In this document: piece after piece, positions 1 through 12,205 of the stretch
Layout: every line of letters starts with the position of its first letter
Numbering within the stretch: position 1 is the first letter of the stretch
Source of the DNA: Octopus vulgaris
Taxonomy: Eukaryota
Reading direction: 5' to 3'
Length of the DNA stretch: 64,000 bases
Assembly (NCBI GenBank): GCA_951406725.2
Contig: OX597820.1
Span: 25,110,001 to 25,174,000 of the forward strand
Program-made: the position numbers and the translations under genes
The notes under the pieces: model-generated
Told to the model about the DNA's origin: nothing
Databases searched by the model: none
Seen by the model: the letters and a program-made list of their open reading frames with translations, nothing else

Positions 1-380
1 AACATTGATAATAATAACAACAGAATCCTCTGAAAGATTCTGAAGATTTGAGGAGACTTGTTGGCACCAAACCTGAAGGCAACGTCCTTGCTAAAAACGG
101 TAATAATAATAATAATAATCATTCTTTCTACTAAAGGTACCAGGCCTGAAATTTGTGGGGAGGGGACTAGTCGATTACATCAACCTCACTGTTTCACTGG
201 TATTTAATTTAGCGACCCCAAAAGGATGAAAAGCAAAGTTGACCTTAGCAGAATTTGAAATTAGAAAGTAGCAGCCAACAAAATACCGCTAATTATTTCA
301 CCCGACATACTAACGATTCTGCCAGCTCGCCACCTTAACAATAATAATAATAATAATAGCAACAACAAAAGCATACTTAC

Positions 381-506
381 TGTATGTCCCTTAGCCTCCA
401 ATGCTTTCTTTGCCACAAGAACTGCTCTCTGGCAGGCTGGGGTAGTATTAGCTACATTATCAGTTACATAATATCCAATCCGCAGGTTTTTCTTGCTTTC
501 AAACAG
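381..506 (-). CDS. FAAH: FAAH-like coding exon 10 (LFESKKNLRIGYYVTDNVANTTPACQRAVLVAKKALEAKGHT); gene continues beyond the left edge
   Basis: CAG/GTAAGT bounded, 126 nt. LRIGYY and RAV…LE..GHT motifs. Confidence 0.93.
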
Positions 507-769
507 CTGGAAAATAAAAGAAAAATGAATTCATTCTTATAATTAGAGAAGGGAGCTGCTACAACCATCAATTCAGTAAATTTATAAGAATATAAATGAA
601 TGTATTGAGAATGGCACAAATGAATGGACTTACTCTAAGCATGTGCCTATAGGCTGAAAATTACAGAAGAGACAGGAACATTTGCTATGGTGCCCTCGGT
701 GAGCAGGGTGGTTTGAGATCTGTGGTGTTCCTTGGTTGCCCCAAAAGCACTACTGTATCAGCAGAATTG

Positions 770-808
<39 letters not shown>

Positions 809-1197
809 ATTAATATTGTATATCATCATTTAATGCCTGTTGTCCATGTTAGTATGGGTTGGACTATATATATTGATATATATATATATATATATATATA
901 TATCTGGCTTCTGTGCCAGTGGCACGTAAAAAGCACCTACCAAATCGTGGCCGCTGCCAGCCTCTCCTGGCGCCTGTGCCGGTGGCACGTAAATAGTACC
1001 CACTACACTCACGGAGTGGTTGGTGTTAGGAAGTGCATCCAGCTGTAGAAACACTGCCAGATCAGACTGGAGCCTGGTGCAGCTTCCTGGCTTCCCAGAC
1101 CCCGGTCGAACCGTCCAGCCCGTGCTAGCACAGAAAACGGACGTTAAACGATGATGATGATGGTGTATGCTTTCTTCCTTTTTAAATCATTGGATTT

Positions 1198-1445
1198 ATG
1201 ATGATGGTGTTGATGGTTGTGGTGGTAATGGAGGTGGTGGTGGTGGTGGTGGTGGTGGTGATGGTGGTGGGTGGTGGTGGTGGTGGTAGTGGTGGTGGCG
1301 GTGGTGGTGATGGTGGTGGTAGTGGTCATTGTAATTATCATCATTATCATCTTTGTCAACATCGTCGCTGTCATCACCATGGTGTGACGGTGATGGCACT
1401 GATGACAGTGGTCCTGGTAACAGTGGTGGTGAAGATTATGATGTT
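1198..1445. repeat. (GGT/GAT)n low-complexity tract; similar tracts at 5418-5575 and 30583-30733
   Basis: Direct reading. Confidence 0.95.
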
Positions 1446-1513
1446 GCAGTCTAGCAAAAGCTACAATAATAATTCTGAAAGATGTACGAAGATCAACAAA
1501 ATGCATTCCTTAC

Positions 1514-1638
1514 ATGATCCTGGAATTTTATTGGTGATATTTGGGGATCCATTTCAAAAACTTCCTGAGAGAATAATGCTTTTGCTGCAACAATTAAACC
1601 ATCACTAGTCTGTGTCATTGGACCAATGGAATCCCCAA
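1514..1638 (-). CDS. FAAH: FAAH-like coding exon 9 (GDSIGPMTQTSDGLIVAAKALFSQEVFEMDPQISPIKFQDH)
   Basis: CAG/GTAAGG bounded, 125 nt, phase 1/0. GPM and DP…P..F motifs. Confidence 0.92.
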
Positions 1639-2024
1639 CTGCAATTAAAAAAATAATAAATGTTTCTTTCTAATTTTGGCAAAAGACCAGCAATTGTGTG
1701 GGGAAGAGTTAAGTTGATTATATTAACCCCCAGTAATTGACTGGTGCTTATTTTATTGACCCCAAATGATGAAAAGCAAATATAACCTCAGCCAAATTTG
1801 AACTCAGAACATGTGATAAAGAAAAACTGCTAAGCATTTTTTCCAATGTGCTAACAATTCTGTCAACTCACTACCCTTGAATTTTGCCTTAGTGTAGTCC
1901 TTGATACACTATTCCTGAAACAGATATATATGTTCTGAGTTCAGATCCTGCTGAAGTCAACTGTGCCTTTCATCCCTTTAGGATCAATGAAATTAAGTAC
2001 CAGTAAGGTATTAGGGTCAATGTA

Positions 2025-2240
2025 TGAGTAGGTGCTGAAAAAGTTCCAGGCTTTAAGGGTATCACAAAGGCTTATTTGGAGGCTCAACCTTCTGAGTTTT
2101 TTTACAAGGCTTAGAAAACTGAAGGACAGCTGCAATAAGTGTGTGAATCTGAGAGGGAAATCTGTTGAATAAAATCATTAATTAACTGATCCTCCTGTAT
2201 TTTCTTTTACCTAATGCCAGGAACTTTTCAGCATCCCTCT
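2025..2240. mobile_element. Mariner-type MITE (about 215 bp); sister copies at 46045-46262 and 46304-46505
   Basis: TIRs GTGCTGAAAAGTTCC.GGC / GCCAGGAACTTTTCAGCA, TA flanks, shared interior. Confidence 0.75.
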
Positions 2241-2512
2241 GTAATTGGTTTGTCCATTCCCATCAAAATCGCTGACCTTGAATTCTGCAACACGACCAGA
2301 ATCCTGTTTAATGGGATCTCAGTCAATGATATACCATGGAAACCAAGTAACTGGTCTTATGTGTTATAGGGCTGAAGAAAAATAATTAAGAAAAAAAGCA
2401 GGATTTGAGGGAGATTTCTTTACTATTTTTAGCAGGTTGAGTGGTGAATAGCTACTGCACTAAAGCTTGGTGTATATATGGTGACAAGAGGGAAAAGTAC
2501 TATAATTCTTAC

Positions 2513-2553
2513 TGAGAGTTTGATGATTCAATATTGCCTTTGTACTTCCTGTC
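2513..2553 (-). CDS. FAAH: FAAH-like coding exon 8 (G-TGSTKAILNHQTL-I), 41-nt small exon
   Basis: TAG/GTAAGA bounded. Phase 2/1 is exactly what is needed to join the neighbouring exons in frame. Confidence 0.85.
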
Positions 2554-3286
2554 CTACAATAAGAATTTTAAAAGAAATATGAATTAACTGTTTAATTAAC
2601 TGATTGACTAAAAATCTGATATTCATACATTATAGTTATTGCATTTAATACAGCAGTTAAGGCATAGCAGTACGGGCAAGGAGTTTGCTTTTGAATCACC
2701 TAGCTTCAGGTTTAGTCTCACTGCACTGCACATTAAGTAGTGCCCCAGTATGGCCACATTTCAATGATTGTAACAAGTACAAGAAAAGAATACATCAACA
2801 TATCTAATCCTATAAATCTCACTGTACTTGGTGCAAATAATGATTTTTTTATCAGTTGGTAAAAATAAACATCAATCAGGAAAAAGAATTTGTTCACTGA
2901 AAGTATAAACAAAGCCAAGAGTTCTGAGTTCTGGCTACTTCTGATTGATGAGACACTTGTCAAAATACCAGTTTCCCAGGATGTGGTGCACTAGTACGCT
3001 GAGTGTGTTGAACACTCAGTTGTTGTAAAAAGAAAGGAGTTATTCTCCTGTGACATACACCACAGTGAATAGCATATTTTGCTATAGTGAAATGGTTCTG
3101 ATCACACGTCAGCCTGATCAGGGTTGACCAGGAATTGAACGACATCAGATCAACAGAACTTAGATTATAGAAATATATTTTAGGAAGGGAACCTGTAATA
3201 ATAAGGAATTGTTATAAAGGGAAATAATAATGAAAAGGAAATGTTATAGGACCAAGAATGTTGTGGGAAACATTTTATAGACTTAC

Positions 3287-3493
3287 CCAAAACGACCCAA
3301 GGTCGTTTTTAATCCATAAATACCACAAAAATGAGATGGACAACGAATGCTACCACCTTGGTCTGTACCTACACCCAAAATTGATCCACCATAACCAATG
3401 AGAGCTCCTTCCCCTCCACTGGACCCTCCAGGGCATCGATCAGCATTATGTGGGTTACGAGTTTGTCCGTAAATATTGTTATCACAGGAAATA
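3287..3493 (-). CDS. FAAH: FAAH-like coding exon 7, amidase signature (…YGQTRNPHNADRCPGGSSGGEGALIGYGGSILGVGTDQGGSIRCPSHFCGIYGLKTTLGRF)
   Basis: CAG/GTAAGT bounded, 207 nt, phase 2/2. GGSSGG (cis-Ser) and GGSIR (nucleophilic Ser) are intact. Confidence 0.97.
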
Positions 3494-3580
3494 CTGAAAA
3501 AAATATATATAAAAGCATAAAAGTAATGAGGAACAACTGAAAAAGCATATTAGAACGATTAAATAAATGGAAGCATATAT

Positions 3581-3780
3581 CTAAACACTTTATGATGTTC
3601 TAAACACTTTATGACATAGTAAATACTTCATTACATTCTAAACGCTTCATTAAAATCTAAACACTTCTTTACATATAAATACTTCATTAGATACTAAAGA
3701 TTTCATTACATTACTAAACATAATTACATACAAACCACTTCATTGGGTGCTAAACAGTTCATTACATACAAAACACTCTG
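3581..3780. repeat. Degenerate ~19-bp minisatellite (CTAAACACTTCATTACAT-like, about 11 units)
   Basis: Direct reading. Confidence 0.8.
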
Positions 3781-4686
3781 TTATGGTCTAAACATGTCAC
3801 TATCCACTATCCAGAGCTTCATCACTCCTGAAGGAAGAACTCTTCCCAGGACTCCTTCAACACGCTGGACAAAATGCTTAGCGGCATTTCGTCTGCCGCT
3901 ACATTCTGAGTTCAAATTCCGCCAAGGTCAACTTTGCCTTTCATCCTTCCTGGGTTGATTAAATAAGTACCAGTTACACACTAGGGTCGATATAATCGAC
4001 TTAATCAGTTTGTCTGTCCTTGTTTGTCCCCTCGTTGTGTAGCCCCTTTTGGGTAATAAAGAAATAAGAAATGTTAGAACGCCGGGCAAATTGCTTAGCG
4101 GCATTTCGTCGACTTTGCTTTTCATGAGGTCGACTTTGCTTTTCATCCTTCCGGGGTTGATTAAATAAGTATCAGTTACGCACTGGGGTCGATATAACCA
4201 ACTTAATCCATTTGTCTGTCCTTGTTTGTCCCCTCTGTATGTAGTCCCTTTTGGGCAGTAAAGAAATAAGAGTAGACAGTTGTCAACTGTCTAGTGTGTA
4301 TGCCAAAAGAGATTGTATTGTAGATAAAACTAGAATAACGGAAGGCAGATATTTTCTTCTTTATCAATTCCAGCTTGTTGAGGAAACTGAGCATGGAGAG
4401 GAAGTTGAGCATGGAAATAAAGAGGAGCAGGGAGAAGAACGTTCTACCTTTCAGTGAATTTGATGAAAATGGGTTGGGGTGGTGAGAACGTTCCAGGTGG
4501 ATAGAACGACCTTTAGAGTGACCATTTAGGCCTACAAACACAGAGGCAGTACTTGCTCTTGGCAGTAAGCACAACCTCAGGGTTGTAAAGTATAATCCTT
4601 TCTCCCAAGATCTCATCCCTCTGGAACTGCCTCTTCATACTTTTCATACAGATATTTACAGAATGCTATCATTATTATTATTATTA

Positions 4687-5243
4687 TTGAGTGAGAGAGC
4701 AGTGCATGCCATCAAAGTGACACTGCGGTAAAATATAAGAAGCCCAGTATACCCATCATGACTACCCATCTGATAAGGGTACACTAGGCACATGCATCAC
4801 AACCATATGTGAGCGACATGGTGATCTCATATCAAGTTAAACAGTGCATGACCTTGCAGGTGGGTCCCAGTTAGAATTATCTTCTGGTCGAGTAGCTCAT
4901 CCCGCTCAAAAGATCCTTGAATAAGGGTTGTTTAAGAATGTTGAACGAAATACCCATGTTTCCAGAGGTGAATTATTCAAACCCCAAAGAATCCCTCTCA
5001 ACACATGGCTATGATGCTCCCCCACTACTTCTGCTATTGATCAGAGATGCACATATCGTCAGCCACTAAGGGACATGCTCAACTGGTTAAGGTCAAGCAA
5101 CTGACAAGCATATCTGTGGTATTGAGCAGAATATTTGCTGTAGCCCATCTTTTATACCAAGACAAAACAATGTACATGATAACACTTCCAATCAGTTAAG
5201 ATCAGAAGTCATGAGAGCCACTACCTAGTACTGCATCAGGGCA
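4687..5243 (-). mobile_element. ~550-bp non-autonomous retroelement with (AAT)n tail; second copy 54729-55245 (+)
   Basis: Two dispersed, highly similar copies, both ending CTCTCTCACTCAATAATAAT. Confidence 0.75.
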
Positions 5244-5280
5244 TTTATAATAATTTGTTACTATTATTATTATTATTGTT

Positions 5281-5317
<37 letters not shown>

Positions 5318-5611
5318 AGATGGTGAGCTGGCAGAATTGTTAGCATGCTGGACAAAGTGTTTAGTGGAATTTCATTGATCTTTATGCCAGCAGAAGATTG
5401 GTAAGATAAAGAGTTAAATGGTGGTGGTGGTGGTGGTGGTGGTGGCAGCGGCGGCGGCAGTGGTGGTAGTGGTGGTGGTGGTGGTGGTGGCAGCAGCGGC
5501 GGCAGTGGTGGTGGTGGTGGTGGTGGTGAGGAGGAGGAGGAGGAGGAGGATGACGATGATGATGACAATGATGTAAGATAATATGGCACCAAAGAACTTA
5601 TGAATGCTTAC

Positions 5612-5673
5612 GTCATTAAAATCTGTGGTACATTTGTTGTGACAAATGGAATAGCCCCAAGTTCTTTCAGGCA
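5612..5673 (-). CDS. FAAH: FAAH-like coding exon 6 (CLKELGAIPFVTTNVPQILM-T)
   Basis: CAG/GTAAGC bounded, 62 nt, phase 0/2. GAIPFV.TNVPQ motif. Confidence 0.93.
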
Positions 5674-7011
5674 CTGAAATAGAAATTCAAAAATATATCA
5701 GACAAAAGTAATGAATTCAGAAGGACAAAACACATTAATTCACATCTCATCATTTTTCTGTCATTAATAAACAATAAATAATTTATGTATGTTTATAATA
5801 TAAATTTACATATAGGAGTGGCTGTGTGGTAAGTAGCTTGCTTACCAACCACATGGTTCCGGGTTCAGTCCAACTGCGTGGCACCTTGGGCAACTGTCTT
5901 CTACTATAGCCTGGGTTGACCAAAGCCTTGTGAGTGGATATGGTTTGACGGAAACTGAAAGAAGCCCATCGTATATAGGTATATATATATATATATATCT
6001 CGCCTGGCCCCCGTGCCGGTGGCACATAAAAAGCACCATCCGTTCGTGGCCGTTTGCCAGCTCTATCTGGCACCTGTGCGGGTGGCACGTAAAAAGCACC
6101 CACTACACTCACGGAGTGGTTGGCGTTAGGAAGGGCATCCAGCTGTAGAAACACTGCCAGATTTGACTGGGCCTGATGAAGCCTTCTGGCTTCACAGACC
6201 CCAGTAGAACCGTCCAACCCATGCTAGCATGGAAAACAGACGCTAAACGATGATGATGATGATATATATATATATGTATGTATGTGTGTTTATATGTTTG
6301 TGTGTCCGTGTTTGTCCCCCCCAACATCGCTTGACAACCGATGCTGGTGTGTTTTCGTCCCCATAACTTAGCGGTTCGGCAAAAGAGCCCAACAGAATAA
6401 GTACCAGGCTAACAAAGAATAAGTTCTAAGGTCGATTTGCTCTCGACTAAAGGCGGTGCTCCAGCATGGCCACTATCAAATGACTGAAACAAGTAAAAGA
6501 GTATATGAATATATATGGAAGATTGCAAACAAGTGACACTATATTACAATCAGTTTATGATGTCAAAGCAAAGAAACAAATACGTTTTCCTTGTATCTAC
6601 AGTGTCATTTACTCCCAAGATACACTACAAAACACTTATCCCTAATCTTTACTCCATTGAACTACAACATTCCAGACAAACAGACATGCTCACACACACA
6701 CACACACACACATACACATACATACTTCACATTTTCTTTACAAACATCAATGTCTGCATTTTCAAACTGAACATCCTTGAATCAGTTTCAGAGGCTGCAA
6801 AACCAAAGGAAGCTGTTCAATATTCTTCAAAAAATCACTAAAACAAGTTTATGTGAAAAGTTTTAAGTAACTGCTCGTCCTCACAAAATAGCTGCTAAAT
6901 ATCTATCAAATCACATTTTTACTCTCTTAAAATATGAAGAATACATTGGTCGCTGTAGTCCTAGATACACTGTCTCTGAAATAAAAAAGATAAAATGGTC
7001 CTGACTGAAAC

Positions 7012-7241
7012 AGCGGCGAGCTGGCAGAACTGTTAGCATGCTGGGCAAAATGCTTAGAGGTATTTCGTCTGCCGTTACGTTCTGAGTTCAAATTCCACCG
7101 AGATTGACTTTGCCTTTCATCCTTTCGGGGTCGATAAATTAAGTACCGGTTACACACTGGGGTCGATGTAATCGACTTAATCCATTTGTCTGTCCTTGTT
7201 TGTCCCCTCTATGTTTAGCCCCTTGTGGGTAATAAAGAAAC
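7012..7241 (+). mobile_element. tRNA-derived SINE family A with Deu/Nin-like core. Other copies: 3862-4268 (+), 9181-9406, 10476-10949, 15825-16051, 58360-58573, 60258-60741 (-), plus many older ones
   Basis: A/B-box-like head (GAGCTGGCAGAA…GAGTTCAAATTCC) and core GCCTTTCATCCTTTCGGGGTCGATAAATTAAGTACC. Confidence 0.85.
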
Positions 7242-7629
7242 AGATCATAGCTCTACTGGGTCAGAGTTGACCACCTGATGACCAGTAACCCATAGCCACT
7301 ATCCAATGGTCAGTCCTCTATAGCCATTCTCTGTTGGCTACAATTCAATACCACAACTCATTAATACTCATGAGCCAATGGTCAGTCCTCATTAGCTTCT
7401 ATCTAGTGGACACTATTCCATAGCCACTTCCTGATAACTAGTACCCAATAGCTGCTACTTAATGGTCAATCCTCAATAGGTACTATCCATAGAATCATAC
7501 CCCTACTACAACCCTAAAACTGACCTTAACACTTTTGGTAAAATTCTTTTTCATTTCTCACATTAAAAAAAATTCACTTGTGTCTTTTTTTTTGTTTTGT
7601 TTTTTGTTGGGTTTTTCTGTTATTCTTTT

Positions 7630-7740
7630 ACCTTTAGCACACTGTAGGTGCATCCTATCAATGTATGAGTTTTCTCCCCTGTAATAACAGGGCAGTGACA
7701 AAGGAAATAATTCTAGGGAAAATGGAGTGTACTAAAGGTT
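7630..7740. mobile_element. ~110-bp MITE (ACCTTTAG…CTAAAGGT ends); related copy at 47331-47436
   Basis: Short TIRs and a shared interior (GTGCATC…TAACAGGGCAG…AATTCTAG.GAAAATG). Confidence 0.55.
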
Positions 7741-7877
7741 GATTCTGGTTTAGCTATCACTATTCACTACAACTACACAACTTATATGAAATTAATTATA
7801 AGAACAGCAACAATCATAAGTGTATAACACAACAATGTTGATAACAACTGTGGTACGACACAATAAATAATACACAC

Positions 7878-7952
7878 CTTTACAAAATTTGAATCATCTG
7901 TGGCTGGTGGGTTCAACAGGCTGGAAGCCAAAGCCCAGGTTTGACGAAGTCC
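7878..7952 (-). CDS. FAAH: FAAH-like coding exon 5 (GLRQTWALASSLLNPPATDDSNFVK)
   Basis: TAG/GTGTGT bounded, 75 nt, phase 0/0. PA..DS..V motif fits the position between the flanking exons. Confidence 0.8.
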
Positions 7953-8089
7953 CTAACAACAAAGAAAGGATGAGGAAAAGAATAGAGTTCAGTAAATATG
8001 GTAACAATCATTTTAGTTGAAAGTACAAAACAAAAATCATAACAGTTGTACAACACAGCAATCATAATAACAAACAGAGCACTCTGATA

Positions 8090-8440
8090 GTGCAAACCTC
8101 TGCCAAGGCAACACCAACGTCCTCTCAATGATTAGCTAGAGATGGTTTTTAAAATGAGAATATCTGAAATAAACTCGACTGTTCTCACAAACAAGAATAC
8201 TAAGAACAAACTCAACTGCTCTTAAAAATAAAGTTAAAAAACCAGAAAAATAATCCAGAATCCTTGTCCAGTACTGGATTGATCCCAAAATCTAATGTGT
8301 TCATGCCAGTCACGAGGCCAAACAACCCTGAAAGTTTCATCCAAATCCATCCAGCGGTTCTTGAGACATCTTGCCCACAGTGAAACAAACAAACATGACT
8401 GAAAACAATACCTCTGCCTTCACTAAGGCAGATGTAATCA
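8090..8440. mobile_element. Helentron-associated (HINE/DINE-like) non-autonomous element
   Basis: Subterminal ACCTCTGCC repeated; terminal hairpin TACCTCTGCCTT…AAGGCAGATGTA; (AAAC)n tract. Confidence 0.5.
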
Positions 8441-8789
8441 GTGAACTGTTATGTGGTCACTTATTTTGCTGGAAATATAGCTAAAGTTCCTTCAAATTAT
8501 ATCCTTAAAAAAATGGAAGTGACAAAATGGATAATGGAGTCTTAGATATGCTGTTGCTGAAGAAAAAGAACAGAAATATCATAGCTGTGAAGCAGAACTA
8601 TACTTTTGAGTCGAATTCTAGAACATGTTTTTCTTGACCAAGAAATCTTTTGTAAACAACTGCTGGATTTTCAGGCGATGATGTCACCACAGATCAGCCC
8701 AATCAGGTTCGAAGAACTCTACTCTAGATACATGCAACCACTGAACATAAAAAGATTATTGAAAATAAACTTTTTAATAATAAACCAAC

Positions 8790-8879
8790 CTTGCAAATAA
8801 TGGTTTCTTTAAGACTTATTGGAATTCCATGAAGAGGTTTGGTCACAGATGGCTGGGAATCACAACTTAGTGCTAATTC
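8790..8879 (-). CDS. FAAH: FAAH-like coding exon 4 (ELALSCDSQPSVTKPLHGIPISLKETIICK), carries the catalytic Lys
   Basis: CAG/GT bounded, 90 nt. PLHGIPISLKE is the amidase catalytic-lysine motif. Confidence 0.93.
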
Positions 8880-10262
8880 CTGTGAAAAAACAAAAAACAA
8901 AATTATTAACATTTATTTTTGCCTTCAAACTAAGCACATGGTAAATGCTTTTCCTATCACCAACTACTTTAAAAGTGTACTACATGCATTTTCTTGAGGC
9001 ACCAACACTGGAAAGGTTGAGAAAAGATAGTTTAAGAACTCAAAACATTCCATACTCATTTACCGAACATTTTCCAGCATTTTGTGAATGTACTTTTATG
9101 GCCCCAATACAAGAGAGATTGTTTCATTGCAGCTAAATTTTGTTTATACAGCTGTCTTCATCCATACACACCACATAACCTATTTCTTTACTACCCACAA
9201 GGGGCTGAACACAGAGAGGACAAACAAGGACAGACAAACGGATTAAGTTGATTATATCGACCCCAGTGCGTAAATGGTACTTATTTAATCGACCCCGAAA
9301 GGATGAAAGGCAAAGTCGACCTCGGCGGAATTTGAACTCAGAACGTAACAGCAGACTAAATACAGCTACGCATTTCGCCCGGCGTGCTAACGTTTCTGCC
9401 AGCTCGCATAACCAAACTAATATAGTCTTCTCTCTTGCACACCTCTTATGTCTAATTTTTCTTTCAGTATATTTTCAATTTGTTGTACATGTACTCTGGC
9501 ATTGCACATCCAATAGGGCAGACTAGCTTTATCCTTTTCTTTTCTTCACATATCCTATGCATTAGGCATCTATATAAAGAATTGCCAATTACTTAAAGTG
9601 AACAGGGCTTGTGGAAGAGGGATGTCCAGGAAGACATGACTTTGAAGCAGTAAAGGCTGATCTCAAGAGGTTGAACCTCACAGAAGAGATAACAAAAGAC
9701 TGAAATGACTTGTGATTCCTTGTGTTCATGTTGGTTTATCTGTCTCAAAAAATGTGAGGTCCTAAAAGCATTATGCTTATGTGTATACACTCACTGGGCC
9801 CTGCTTCTGCACTCAAGCTGTCCCTATGTAAGGCTACTATGTAAAGGGTAAGAGTAAAGACCCCTTTGGTCATGAATGACCATGGAATTGTGCCTAAAAA
9901 GTTACCCTCCGAGGTACAAGTCTGGGTAAATTTGTTTATGGAAGACCAGCAGCTGGCCATGCATACCAGCCTGCTCTCTCCATGCCACCGATGTTATCCA
10001 AGGGAAAGGCAAAGGCCAATACAGCTTGGCACCAGTGACATCACAACTCATTTCTACAGTGAACTTGAGCAATGGGAAATAAAGTGTCTTGCTCAAGAAC
10101 ACATGTGGTGTTACACAAAATACACATGAAGCAACTGCAGACACAATGAGTAACATATAGAACATACTCAGAACAAAAATAAAACAGCACATAGAATAAT
10201 GTATAAAATGCATATAGTAGTCTACTAAGGGAATAAATACAGAATAGATAATGTCATCTTAC

Positions 10263-10319
10263 CTCAGCTTCAGGAATTAGTGCAACTATACAATTGGTTT
10301 TCTCTTGTGCTTCAAGTGC
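10263..10319 (-). CDS. FAAH: FAAH-like coding exon 3 (ALEAQEKTNCIVALIPEAE)
   Basis: TAG/GTAAGA bounded, 57 nt, TNC motif of FAAH. Confidence 0.88.
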
Positions 10320-11987
10320 CTATAGTGAAAAATCAGAGGTCAAACATGTAGCATATTGATTTCACTGTCACTCCATCAGTTACAACAATGAGTGTTCCTG
10401 TCGATCTAATCAAAAGAACAGCATGCTCATGAAATTAACATACAAGTGGCTGAGCACTCCACAGACACGCATACCTATTTCTTTACTACCCACAAGGGGC
10501 TTAACACAGAAGGGACAAACAAGGACAGACAATTGGATTAAGTCGATTATATCGACCCCAGTGCATAACTGGTACTTATTTAATCGACCCCAAAAGGATG
10601 AAAGGCAAAGTCGACCTCAGCGGAATTTGAACTCAGAACGTAGCAGCAGACGAAATACCGCTAAGCATTTCGTCTGGCGTGCTAATGATTCTGCCAGCTC
10701 GCCGTCCTAATGTATACCTATTTCTTTACTACCCACAAGGGGCTAAACACAGAGGGGACAAACAAGGACAGAAAAACGGATTAAGTCGATTACATCGACC
10801 CCAGTGCGTAACTGGTACTTATTTAATCAACCCCGAAAGGATGAAAGGCAAAGTCGACCTCGGCGGAATTTGAACTCACAATGTAATGACAGACGAAATA
10901 CCACTATGCATTTCGCCTGTCGTGCTAACATTTCTGCCAGCTCGCCGCCTTAATGTATACCCTTAATGCATACCCTTAATGTAGTTCTCAGGAAGATTCA
11001 GTGAAACTCAGAACATTACAAGGCTGACCCTTTGAATTGCATTTGCAATTCATTTTTGCCAGCTGAGTAGACTGGACTGACATGAAAAAAAGTGTCTTGC
11101 TGAAGGACACACTGCACCACTTGGTATTGAACTCATGACCTTATGATCACGAGCCAAATACTCTAACCACTAAACCACTACAATATTGGCAAAAGGTTAG
11201 AGATTTTGATGAAGGTGTTGCGTATACCTTTCCTTGAATGAGTTTCCCATCATTCCGATATATGTCTTTAGTATCCCGTTGGGGGTCTGTGACATATATC
11301 GGATTGACAGGAAAGTCGTTCAAGGGAAGGTATATGCAACACCTTGCATCATTCAAAGACTGAGAAGACAAAACCAAGGGAGACAAACTCCAAAAAATGC
11401 CTTCTAGAGTAGTGTCCTTTGATTCATTGTTTCATTGTTTTACTTGCAGGAACCTATGAGAAATCCTGTGAAAAAAACAAGATTGTTTTCCAAAATAGAG
11501 GCAAACACCTTTCTCCATGAGATCGGCTTGAAAAATTGTTAAGATACTTGGATATTTTCCTACTCTTCTTAACATGAGACTAATGGTAGCCTCCAAGTTC
11601 ATTCACAAAGCTTTGGTTGGTCTGAGGTTATAGAAGAAGACACGTGCCCAAGGTACGACACAGCAGGACTGAACCTGAAACCATGTGGGTTTTCAAAATA
11701 ACCTCTTAAACACACAGCCATGGAAGTTCGTTACTTTTCTCAGTTTGGCTAGAATGGGATTCCTGTAAATTACCAATAATCATTGCATATGGTATATGAG
11801 GCCAACTTGCAATGGATGAAGGTTCTTATGTGAAGGTGATTCAAAGGTTTAGGACTTTACATTCTGAGCTTGTCTTCATATCACAAAAATAGAAAAGATT
11901 AGAAGAAGAAACAAAACAATCAAAGAATATTTTTCGAAATAGACAGCAAAAAGAATTAATAAATAAATAAATAAAAATTAAAATAAC

Positions 11988-12101
11988 CTTGAACTGATAA
12001 GCATGAAGTACGTCAATGGCTTTTAATGATCGTTCTTTGAGTTGCTTCTGTAGCTGGACAATGTCCAGTGATAGAATTTTGTTTCTCATTTCTTTGGTAA
12101 G
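11988..12101 (-). CDS. FAAH: FAAH-like coding exon 2 (LTKEMRNKILSLDIVQLQKQLKERSLKAIDVLHAYQFK)
   Basis: AG/GT bounded, 114 nt, phase 0/0. Typical amidase N-terminal helix (L..L...L......VL.AY). Confidence 0.9.
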
Positions 12102-12205
12102 CTGAAAAATATAAAGAATGAGGGAGAAAAAAAAACCTTCTATGAAAACCATCACCATCATTATAATCATCATTGTTGTCATCGTCATCATCATCATCAT
12201 CATTG

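Noticed and set aside
713-1608. His/Pro/Gly-rich ORFs (also 5245-5674, 30578-31146, 36728-37427)
   Set aside because: Translations of microsatellites and RTE/SINE tails.
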